Positions 10,583-18,408 of a stretch of DNA of 64,000 nt are shown piece after piece. Below the pieces are notes generated by a model. That model was not told where the DNA came from and made no database searches. It was given only the letters and a program-made list of their open reading frames with translations. A program made the translations under genes and the position numbers. How positions within the stretch are numbered: the first letter of the stretch is position 1; every line of letters starts with the position of its first letter. The stretch is from an uncultured Gammaproteobacteria bacterium (GTDB lineage: Bacteria > Patescibacteriota > Microgenomatia > Levybacterales > GWA1-39-11): contig CAZEEU010000001.1 of NCBI GenBank assembly GCA_964511305.1, positions 53,957-117,956 on the forward strand, written 5' to 3'.

Positions 10583-11428
10583 ATGAAAACTATTCCATCT
10601 ACTATTTACAACAAGGCTTACTATACAGAAGTTTGCTTAGGTTCTTCCGAATTCAATAAAACAAACGGAAAGACTTTAGCCCCCGAGGTTAAAATGCTTA
10701 TTCGTGAAATTGATATCAAAAAAACAGATGTTGTTCTTGATATAGGATGTGGCCGCGGAGATATAACAATTCATATTGGCACAAAAGCCAAAATGTCAAT
10801 TGGAATTGATTATTCAAAAGACGGTATTTCTCTTGCAAAAAAAGCTAAAAGCTCTTTTCCACAAGAAGTCCAAAAGAAAATAAAATTTTTTGAAATGAAT
10901 GCAACCAAACTTAAATTTACTGATAATTATTTTGACAAAGTCGTTGCAATTGATGTGCTAGAACATTTGAATAAGCAGGAAGTTAAAAAAATGATGAAAG
11001 AGATAAAAAGAGTTCTAAAACCCAATGGAGTATTTTTTGCACATACCGGAACTAATAAAATTCTTCATGAATATACATATCCATTATATATACGTCCATT
11101 CAATATGGTAATTCGCTTCCTGGATCGCGTACTTCTAAGTAAAAATTATGATCCACTTCCCAAAGATCCGCGAACTGACGCAGAACACGCACAACATATA
11201 AATGAGCCGACATATTTTTATCTAAAAGATTTATTCCAAAATTACAAATTCGCAGGAACAATTAAAACAAGGGTTGGGTATATTAAAGATAGCAGAACCA
11301 CAAAGCATCTTTTATATAATTTTATATCGGTATTCTATCCACTCTCAAAGTATTTCCCCTTAAATATTCTTTTTGGGTGGGCTTTTATATGCACTATGAA
11401 GAATATTAAACCTGCATCAAACGCTTAA
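10583..11428 (+). CDS. Class I SAM-dependent methyltransferase
   Basis: VLDIGCGRG, GIDYS, FDKV..IDVLEHL, RVLKPNG. Confidence 0.85.
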   Translation: MKTIPSTIYNKAYYTEVCLGSSEFNKTNGKTLAPEVKMLIREIDIKKTDVVLDIGCGRGDITIHIGTKAKMSIGIDYSKDGISLAKKAKSSFPQEVQKKIKFFEMNATKLKFTDNYFDKVVAIDVLEHLNKQEVKKMMKEIKRVLKPNGVFFAHTGTNKILHEYTYPLYIRPFNMVIRFLDRVLLSKNYDPLPKDPRTDAEHAQHINEPTYFYLKDLFQNYKFAGTIKTRVGYIKDSRTTKHLLYNFISVFYPLSKYFPLNILFGWAFICTMKNIKPASNA

Positions 11429-12329
11429 TTGTCCCGAAGGAAGTACCCAAAATAACAAAAAAATCCGAAACTACTTGAAGTAATGGCAAATATAAAAATG
11501 CCAATGGATGTTTTATATATTTGTAATTTTTAAGAATTGACCAGAGGAAGTACATTAACGCAATTAAAATCAGAAAATAATAAATACCACTATTTCTTGT
11601 AACAATTAGAATTAGTACTAGAAATGCTAAAAAAATATAACGACCAAACAAGAGAGGCGTTTGGGCTCTATAGTAACCTGCCATTCCATCACCCAATGCG
11701 TAATTAAAGAATTGCATTGCTGCAGCCATAATTGATTCTCGTTGGGGCCAATATACAACTGCATTTTTTACGACAATAAATTTTAATCCCACCATTTTTA
11801 ACTTTTTTGCAAAAACTAAATCCTCACAAGTATCAAGATTTTCTGGATAACCACCAACCGTCTCCCATGAAATTTTTTTAAATGCAACTGACCGCGATGA
11901 AGGAAGAAAATTTTCCGTTACTTTTTCAAGTGGAACACAGGTATATGTTGCTAATGATTTTTCAAATACATTATTAGTTGTTGGTTTGTAAAACCCTGCC
12001 GCAACATCATATCCTTTTTTGAAAGGTGCCGTTATTCTTTCAAGCCAATGTTTTTCAAGAATACATCCTACATCAGTAACGGCTATTATATTGCTCGTTG
12101 CATTTTTTATTGCAAAATTTCGTCCTACAGATCGATTACCCTTGTGTATAAAAAGTTTTAATGGAAGTTTTTTACTATAATTTTTTATGATAGCAACTGT
12201 TTTATCTTTTGATCCTGCATCAACAATTACTAATTCAAATGGTTTTTGGGTTTGATTAACAATTGAATCAAGAAATTTTTCTATTGAATCTTCTTCGTTA
12301 AATACTGTTGTAATAAGTGCGACATTCAT
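11406..12329 (-). CDS. Glycosyltransferase family 2 with C-terminal TMs
   Basis: TTVFNEE, IVDAGSKD, GRN.AI, TDVG, GGYPE...ED. Confidence 0.9.
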   Translation of the reverse strand: MNVALITTVFNEEDSIEKFLDSIVNQTQKPFELVIVDAGSKDKTVAIIKNYSKKLPLKLFIHKGNRSVGRNFAIKNATSNIIAVTDVGCILEKHWLERITAPFKKGYDVAAGFYKPTTNNVFEKSLATYTCVPLEKVTENFLPSSRSVAFKKISWETVGGYPENLDTCEDLVFAKKLKMVGLKFIVVKNAVVYWPQRESIMAAAMQFFNYALGDGMAGYYRAQTPLLFGRYIFLAFLVLILIVTRNSGIYYFLILIALMYFLWSILKNYKYIKHPLAFLYLPLLQVVSDFFVILGTSFGTIKRLMQV

Positions 12330-12356
12330 AAATTTTGTTAGTATATAATACCACCA

Positions 12357-14066
12357 ATGATTGATCCTCAGAAGTTAATTGCGACAAGCATTTCTGTTTT
12401 TATAGTTTTTTTAACAATTGCTTTTCTTATTAGAAAGAAAGAAAAGTTTGGTTTGTATTTTGTGATACTCGCATCACTACTACCTCTTATTTCTTTATTA
12501 AGAAAAGGAGTCCATCAAAGTGGAGATTTTGCTATAAATATTTCCAAAGCATATGATTTATGGAATTCACTGTCGTACGGAATTTTTCCGGTCCACTGGG
12601 CATCAATACTTAATGCAACTTATGGATATCCACTTTTCCTTTTTACTTACCCATTGCCATATTACGCCATAGCACTTCCTAAGTTTTTGGGGATATCCTT
12701 TATCGCCAGTGAAAAATTCTGGATAGCTGTAGTATTTATCCTTTCTGGAATTGGCATGTATCTACTTCTCAAGCAGTTCTTGAACAGAAACAGTAGCTCA
12801 CTTGGAGCCATACTATATTTATTTGCACCATATCACTTGGTTGATATGCACTTTCGCATAGCACTTGGTGAACTTTTTGCTTTCGCATTTCTTCCTTTTG
12901 TTTTTTACTCGATATTTAAGATAAAAACAAATGCTTCAAGAAGATACATAACGCTTCTATTTGTAGCTTACTTTTGTCTTATGCTATCACATCAAGCAGC
13001 AACTCTAATAGCAACTCCATTTATAATCATCACGCCCCTATTTCTTACCATTAATAAAAAAAAGCTGCTTCATATATATATAGCTTTATTTTGTGCTTTT
13101 TTGGCATCAAGTTTTTACTGGCTACCCGTTCTCGAGGGTACTGCTCATACCCTACAGGTCGAATTTGCCAAAAGTATATCTTTTGAAGATCCGAAACTCT
13201 ACTTTATCTCCCCTTGGCGATTCGGCTTCCTTTACCAAGGTCCTGTAGGGCAATTATCTTTCCCAATGGGCTTTGTGCAAATTATCCTTACAGTTTTTCT
13301 TACGGTAAGCCTAATGAAAGACAAAGTAAATAAGAGGCTTAAGAAAATTTCCTTCATTCTTCTTTTGATTTTGTGGTTTTTCGTTTTTTTACTCTTCCCA
13401 TTCTCTGATTTTTTATGGAAAAAGCTTCCCCTCATGACCAACTTTCAGTTTTCGTACCGCATGATGCTGCCAATTTCCTTTATTTTAGCCATAATTGGGG
13501 CTATATCAGTTGACAAAATTAAAAACAGCAAGGTAGTCTACTTGATTGCAATAGTGGCTATGCTTCTTACAATTCTTAATTGGGGAACGCGAGCAATGCT
13601 AACTGATATTACGGATTCTTACCTCATGCACCATGCCCCTCTAACAACTGCCGAGGCAGAAGGACTTCAGCCTGCAGCGCCAATTAACAGAAATTTGCAT
13701 AACATTTGGGAAAAAACACCCCCAATAAGCCCTCTTGAGGTAGAAAATGGTCTTGCAACAGTAAGTGTTATATCAAAAACCCCAACAAAACATATATACC
13801 TACTTAATGTCGCAAAAAAGTCAGCGTTTGTGGAAAATACGTATTATTTCCCCGGGTGGAACCTTTATGTAAATGGCAAAAAACACCATTTTACCTATAT
13901 TGATTCTCAAAAGTCTGATAAAATCCGGTTTGTCCTTTTGCCTGGAGAATATGACGTGTTGCTATCTTTTGAGGCTACACCAATTATAAAATTTGCAAAT
14001 ATACTAAGTATTTTGGGTATCATCATGCTTTCTTCTTACTTAATAATTCCCCAAAGGCGTAAATAG
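12357..14066 (+). CDS. PTPS-related/YfhO-like GT-C membrane protein
   Basis: SGD, W...LN..YGYPLF.F.YPL.YY, LYLFAPYH, R..LGE, FYWLP, FQF.YR and YFPGW motifs. Confidence 0.75.
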   Translation: MIDPQKLIATSISVFIVFLTIAFLIRKKEKFGLYFVILASLLPLISLLRKGVHQSGDFAINISKAYDLWNSLSYGIFPVHWASILNATYGYPLFLFTYPLPYYAIALPKFLGISFIASEKFWIAVVFILSGIGMYLLLKQFLNRNSSSLGAILYLFAPYHLVDMHFRIALGELFAFAFLPFVFYSIFKIKTNASRRYITLLFVAYFCLMLSHQAATLIATPFIIITPLFLTINKKKLLHIYIALFCAFLASSFYWLPVLEGTAHTLQVEFAKSISFEDPKLYFISPWRFGFLYQGPVGQLSFPMGFVQIILTVFLTVSLMKDKVNKRLKKISFILLLILWFFVFLLFPFSDFLWKKLPLMTNFQFSYRMMLPISFILAIIGAISVDKIKNSKVVYLIAIVAMLLTILNWGTRAMLTDITDSYLMHHAPLTTAEAEGLQPAAPINRNLHNIWEKTPPISPLEVENGLATVSVISKTPTKHIYLLNVAKKSAFVENTYYFPGWNLYVNGKKHHFTYIDSQKSDKIRFVLLPGEYDVLLSFEATPIIKFANILSILGIIMLSSYLIIPQRRK

Positions 14067-15061
14067 ACTAAAAGCACTTCTTCCCAGGTATTTTTCTTTG
14101 CCCACTGATATTCTGCCTCAATAGCACTAGTATTTGGGCCGTTTTTAATACTTAAATCAATAAATCTAACAATATCTTCTGAATTTTTTGCAACCGTAAC
14201 ATACTTACTAAAAGGAGACATCGTAAGATAATCCTTTTTTACAGGGTCAGAATATACCGCAACGACCTCTTTTCTTTGAATCATAGCCTCAAGCATTGAA
14301 AGATAACGAGAAACAAAAACAAATCTGTGCTGCTCGAGTAATTCTTCGACGTTAGGTTCAAAATTCATATAAATTACGTCCTTTGGCAATCTATTTCTAA
14401 GCGGTCCATCACCTACGACAGTTAATTTGAACTTAGGAAACTTCTTTTTTAGAGCTTTATATGCCGAAATATATTCAAGTATTCCAGTTTGAGACTCGAG
14501 TCTTCCAAAAAAAATAGCTGACTGGTTATTTTTAGGAATATTTTTTTCTCTAATTCTCACGCCTCCATAACTTACGTATGTTGGCTGAGCGTTATACCAT
14601 TTCCTCATAAAGTCTCCGATGCATATTGTGCCACTTGAAAGATACTCGGTTATCTTTCTTACAAAAATCCATTTCTTTTTTATAGGATACCCCTCGTATC
14701 CATGAAAGGTAGTAAATATTTTCCCTTTTGGCAAGAATAGTCGAAGCGGTAAGATCCAAAAGAATACGTCATGAATGTGAATGATTTGCGCTTTTAAAAA
14801 GAGGTCTTGATGTGCCAGTACCCACCTCCATATTAAAAACTTTTTTAGAGATGAATTACTTCCTACTGGAATACGAAAAATCTCAATTCCATCATGAGTA
14901 TCAGTAAGGCTTAAGTGGGAATCAAATTGCTCTGTAACAACAACCACCTTGTAGCCCTTCTTGATAAGCATTTGGGATAGGAAATACACATGCTTCTCGA
15001 CACCCCCTATATGAGGGTGATATAATCTAGTCAAGAAAAGAATTGTTTGCCTCTGTTTCAA
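14036..15061 (-). CDS. Glycosyltransferase family 4
   Basis: YHPHIGGVEKH, FFGRL, VVGDGPLR, LEAM; TTG start. Confidence 0.85.
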   Translation of the reverse strand: MKQRQTILFLTRLYHPHIGGVEKHVYFLSQMLIKKGYKVVVVTEQFDSHLSLTDTHDGIEIFRIPVGSNSSLKKFLIWRWVLAHQDLFLKAQIIHIHDVFFWILPLRLFLPKGKIFTTFHGYEGYPIKKKWIFVRKITEYLSSGTICIGDFMRKWYNAQPTYVSYGGVRIREKNIPKNNQSAIFFGRLESQTGILEYISAYKALKKKFPKFKLTVVGDGPLRNRLPKDVIYMNFEPNVEELLEQHRFVFVSRYLSMLEAMIQRKEVVAVYSDPVKKDYLTMSPFSKYVTVAKNSEDIVRFIDLSIKNGPNTSAIEAEYQWAKKNTWEEVLLVYLRLWGIIK

Positions 15062-15146
15062 TTTGATATATTTAATATTAGTTTGATATATTTATAATAT
15101 TTCACTTTGGATTGATTTGACGGGCCGATTTAAATCCAGATTCAAT

Positions 15147-15173
15147 TTAGCACTTAGTATGTTTGAGTGCTAA
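15147..15173. promoter_or_regulatory. CIRCE-like operator (HrcA site)
   Basis: Minus strand reads TTAGCACTC-AAACATACT-AAGTGCTAA, a 17/18 match to TTAGCACTC-N9-GAGTGCTAA. Confidence 0.75.
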
Positions 15174-15227
15174 AAGATCATTCTGTGAACTCATTTTTTG
15201 TATTGTACCAGAAAAAATACGGTTTCA

Positions 15228-15256
15228 TTGACAAAAAACAACAAGCCCCCCACAAT
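15228..15256 (+). promoter_or_regulatory. Sigma70-type promoter of lepB
   Basis: TTGACA-17 nt-CACAAT, followed by AAGGA before ATG 15290. Confidence 0.6.
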
Positions 15257-15289
15257 TGAGAAAGCAGACGCATAAAAAGGACTTGAAAT

Positions 15290-15853
15290 ATGGAGCTTTT
15301 TAAAAAACTTTACTATATAATTTTTGATCTTGTTCAAACACTCGTTATAGCGGGCGCAATTTTTGTAGTTATATACGCTTTTCTCTTCCGTCCTTACCAG
15401 GTAAATGGCCATTCTATGGACCCTACTTTCCAGAACGGCGAATATGTCCTAACCAATCTAATATCATTGAGGTTTGAGGATCTAAAACGTGGGGATATTA
15501 TCGTATTCCATGCACCACCCGATAAAGATAAAGACTATATTAAAAGAATTATAGGACTACCAGGGGATAGAGTAAAACTTCTTGGTGGACAAGTCTATCT
15601 CAATGGGACAAAGTTGGATCAGACATCTTTTCTGGCATCTACCGTCAGAACGAATAGCGGAAATTTCTTAGGAGAGGGAGACGAAGTCATAGTTCCGGAA
15701 GGTCAGTACTTCACAATGGGAGATAACAGGGAATTCAGCTCTGATTCGAGAGAATGGGGTTTTGTAACAAAACAAGCAGTAATTGGTAAGTCATTCTTCG
15801 TTTATTGGCCTCTAAATAGAATGAGGGTAGTCAAACACACAGAAATCCAATAA
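15290..15853 (+). CDS. lepB: Signal peptidase I
   Basis: GHSMDPT (catalytic Ser), YIKRIIGLPGD (catalytic Lys), GDNR..S.DSR.WG. Confidence 0.95.
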   Translation: MELFKKLYYIIFDLVQTLVIAGAIFVVIYAFLFRPYQVNGHSMDPTFQNGEYVLTNLISLRFEDLKRGDIIVFHAPPDKDKDYIKRIIGLPGDRVKLLGGQVYLNGTKLDQTSFLASTVRTNSGNFLGEGDEVIVPEGQYFTMGDNREFSSDSREWGFVTKQAVIGKSFFVYWPLNRMRVVKHTEIQ

Positions 15854-15893
15854 AAATTGCAATTTGGGCCGTTTTTAAGCCCTACAGAGGGTA

Positions 15894-16718
15894 TTATTCA
15901 ATTTCAAGAAGACGAGAATAAATTCTTTTTAACTCTTCCCCAGTCCTATCTTCAGATCCCTTGATCGTAATAACGATCTTACCTAGTGCTCTTGACTGGT
16001 CAAATTTAACATTCCAACCATATTTTTCACCTAATGTCTTAGCCATTTCATCTTGTTCTGGGATGTAAATCTTGTCACTCTTCTTTTGAGGCTCTTTCTT
16101 CTGGATTTCAGCCTTAACTTGTCTTGCAACGTCCTCAGCTCCGCGAACTGAAATTCCCTCAACAAGAATTTTTTTAAATGCAGCAAGCATTAATTTAGGA
16201 TCTCCAATGGAAATAAGTGGTCTAACGTGACCTTCTGTTATTACTCCAGCAGCTAATGCGTCTTTGATTGCGTCGGGGAGAGTTAAGAGTCTTATTGTAT
16301 TTGAGATATAAGGCAATGATTTACCAACTCGTTTTGCAACCTCAGTAACTGAAAGATTAAATTCATCAATGAGACGCTTATATGCTTGTGCGCGCTCTAT
16401 TGGATTCAAATCTTCACGCTGAACATTCTCAACGATAGACATTTCAAGCATTTGTTGAGGAGTGGTTTTTTTAACAACAACAGGAACTCTCGCAAGTCCC
16501 AATATTTTTGCCGCTCTCCAACGTCTTTCACCAGCAATTATCTGATAACCTGCAGGTGTCTCAGCAACTACAATAGGCTCAAGAATACCCTGCTCACGAA
16601 TTGAGTTAACAAGATCGGTTAATGATTCGGGTGAAATTAGTCCTCTAGGTTGAAGTGGGTTTGGTTGCAGGAGAGATAAATCCAGTTCGACAATAGACAT
16701 TGTCATTCGATCGTCCAT
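15894..16718 (-). CDS. parB: ParB/Spo0J partition protein
   Basis: PNPLQPR, IIAGERRWRA CTP-binding box, ENVQREDLNPIE, HTH region. Confidence 0.95.
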   Translation of the reverse strand: MDDRMTMSIVELDLSLLQPNPLQPRGLISPESLTDLVNSIREQGILEPIVVAETPAGYQIIAGERRWRAAKILGLARVPVVVKKTTPQQMLEMSIVENVQREDLNPIERAQAYKRLIDEFNLSVTEVAKRVGKSLPYISNTIRLLTLPDAIKDALAAGVITEGHVRPLISIGDPKLMLAAFKKILVEGISVRGAEDVARQVKAEIQKKEPQKKSDKIYIPEQDEMAKTLGEKYGWNVKFDQSRALGKIVITIKGSEDRTGEELKRIYSRLLEIE

Positions 16719-16730
16719 AATAAGTCAATA

Positions 16731-16976
16731 CTATACTACTTCTATTATTTTTTTTCCACGGGCAATTTTAAACTGGACAGTCCCGTCAGATATAGCATAA
16801 ATCGTATAATCCTTACCCATACTTGCTCCTATTCCAGGATGAAAGTTGGTGCCTTTTTGTCTGACAATGATATTGCCATTAATAACTTTTTCTCCTCCAT
16901 ATTTCTTAACGCCTAAGCGCTTTGCAATGGAGTCTTTATTTCCTTTGACGGATCCAGCTGACTTTGTATGTGCCAT
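16731..16976 (-). CDS. rpmA: 50S ribosomal protein bL27
   Basis: MAH.K..GS, KRLGVKKYGG, GNIIVRQKGT; short form without the N-terminal extension. Confidence 0.97.
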   Translation of the reverse strand: MAHTKSAGSVKGNKDSIAKRLGVKKYGGEKVINGNIIVRQKGTNFHPGIGASMGKDYTIYAISDGTVQFKIARGKKIIEVV

Positions 16977-17300
16977 TTATTCTTTTCCTCCTTTAATTCC
17001 AGTTATCTCTATTTTTGTGAGTTGTGACCTAAAACCTGTTGCTCTTCTAAATTTTGCTTTTGCCTTAAATTTTGCGACTCTTACTTTATCTCCTTTTGTT
17101 TGAGCAATGATTTTTGCAGTTACAACTGCACCTTTAACGATAGGCATTCCTACCACAAATTTATCTCCATCTCCCGTGAGAAGCACTTCATCAAAGGATA
17201 AGATTGCTCCATCTTCTCCCTCAATTTTGTCCACTTCGAGAACAAGTCCCGGTGTTACCTTGTATTGTTTGCCTGACGCTTTAATAACTGCAAAATTCAT
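16977..17300 (-). CDS. rplU: 50S ribosomal protein bL21
   Basis: FAVIKASGKQYKV, GFRSQLT; adjacent to rpmA. Confidence 0.97.
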   Translation of the reverse strand: MNFAVIKASGKQYKVTPGLVLEVDKIEGEDGAILSFDEVLLTGDGDKFVVGMPIVKGAVVTAKIIAQTKGDKVRVAKFKAKAKFRRATGFRSQLTKIEITGIKGGKE

Positions 17301-17325
17301 AACGACATGTATTGTACCAGAAATA

Positions 17326-18408
17326 TCAGGTAATTTCTAGAGTTTGAAGCTTTTTATTTTCATAACCAATTGAAGAGACTATTCCAAGCAGTATAAAACT
17401 AGTAATTAATGAGCTTCCCCCATACGAAACTAGAGGCAAAGTTACTCCAATAATTGGCATAATTCCCATATTCATACCGATGTTAGTAATCGTCTGGGTA
17501 AGCAGAATAAAGAATATACCAATAACAATCAAATATGCATAAGGGTCATCAAGCCTTTGGGCAATTTTATAAATTCTATAGAGCAGAAAAAATAATAAGC
17601 AAATAATACTAAGTCCTCCTAAAAATCCTAACCCTTCTGAAATTGATGCAAAAATAAAATCCGTTTGTCTCTCGGGTAAAAACCTAAGAACAGACTGTGT
17701 CCCCTCCCCTAATCCTTTACCAAAAAACCCTCCGCTTCCAATCGAAATAAGTGATTGGATGGCGTTATAAGATGAACCAGAAGGATCAGAAGTCAAATTA
17801 AATAGCGTCGTTAAACGCTCTTTTTGGTAAGGTCGTAAGAATTGATAGATGATTGGCATTGGCAAAATAGCGCATATCACAGAGAAAATATAGTAATACA
17901 ACGGAAATCCATACATTAAAAGCATACCTACAAATGAGGCAAGATACATAAGTGCAGTACCGGTATCAGGTTGACGCATTATCAAAAAGAAAATTGGAAC
18001 AGTTAAAAGGATAGACAGTGGGTATTTTAGAATGTTGGGATATTTTGAAAAAGAAAGAAAATGAGCAACAACAATGATAAAAAATGGCTTTAAAAATTCT
18101 TCAACCTGTATTCTGACCCCAAATAATTCAAGCCAGCTTTTTGAACCATTTACAATGGTGCCAAAGGTTAGCACTACTAAAAAGCCCGCAATAATAAAAG
18201 CATACAGTTGTTTTGGATAGAGAGCAAAGAATTTATAATCAATACTCAAAAATAAGAAATATAAAAAAACACCTGCTACAAGGAAAAGTGCCTGCTGCCT
18301 AAAATAAAGAATATCAATTGAAAATAGCGTTGAAAGGCTTATCGCAACTAACAAAACAGCAGGAATCAACAGTGAGAAATCCACTCTGTGGATCGAAAAG
18401 CGATTCAT
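17326..18408 (-). CDS. rodA: SEDS peptidoglycan polymerase RodA
   Basis: QPDTGT, SIGSGG..GKG, FLPERQTDFIF, LPLVSYGGSS; lies outside the dcw cluster. Confidence 0.85.
   Translation of the reverse strand: MNRFSIHRVDFSLLIPAVLLVAISLSTLFSIDILYFRQQALFLVAGVFLYFLFLSIDYKFFALYPKQLYAFIIAGFLVVLTFGTIVNGSKSWLELFGVRIQVEEFLKPFFIIVVAHFLSFSKYPNILKYPLSILLTVPIFFLIMRQPDTGTALMYLASFVGMLLMYGFPLYYYIFSVICAILPMPIIYQFLRPYQKERLTTLFNLTSDPSGSSYNAIQSLISIGSGGFFGKGLGEGTQSVLRFLPERQTDFIFASISEGLGFLGGLSIICLLFFLLYRIYKIAQRLDDPYAYLIVIGIFFILLTQTITNIGMNMGIMPIIGVTLPLVSYGGSSLITSFILLGIVSSIGYENKKLQTLEIT

Noticed and set aside
15061-15110. oriC DUE (AT-rich TTTGATATATTTA repeat pair) near parB
   Set aside because: No DnaA boxes (TTATCCACA) or dnaA/dnaN nearby, and no lasting switch in gene orientation.
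15854-16730. Canonical parS and parA
   Set aside because: No TGTTTCACGTGAAACA-like palindrome was seen and there is no adjacent ParA ORF.
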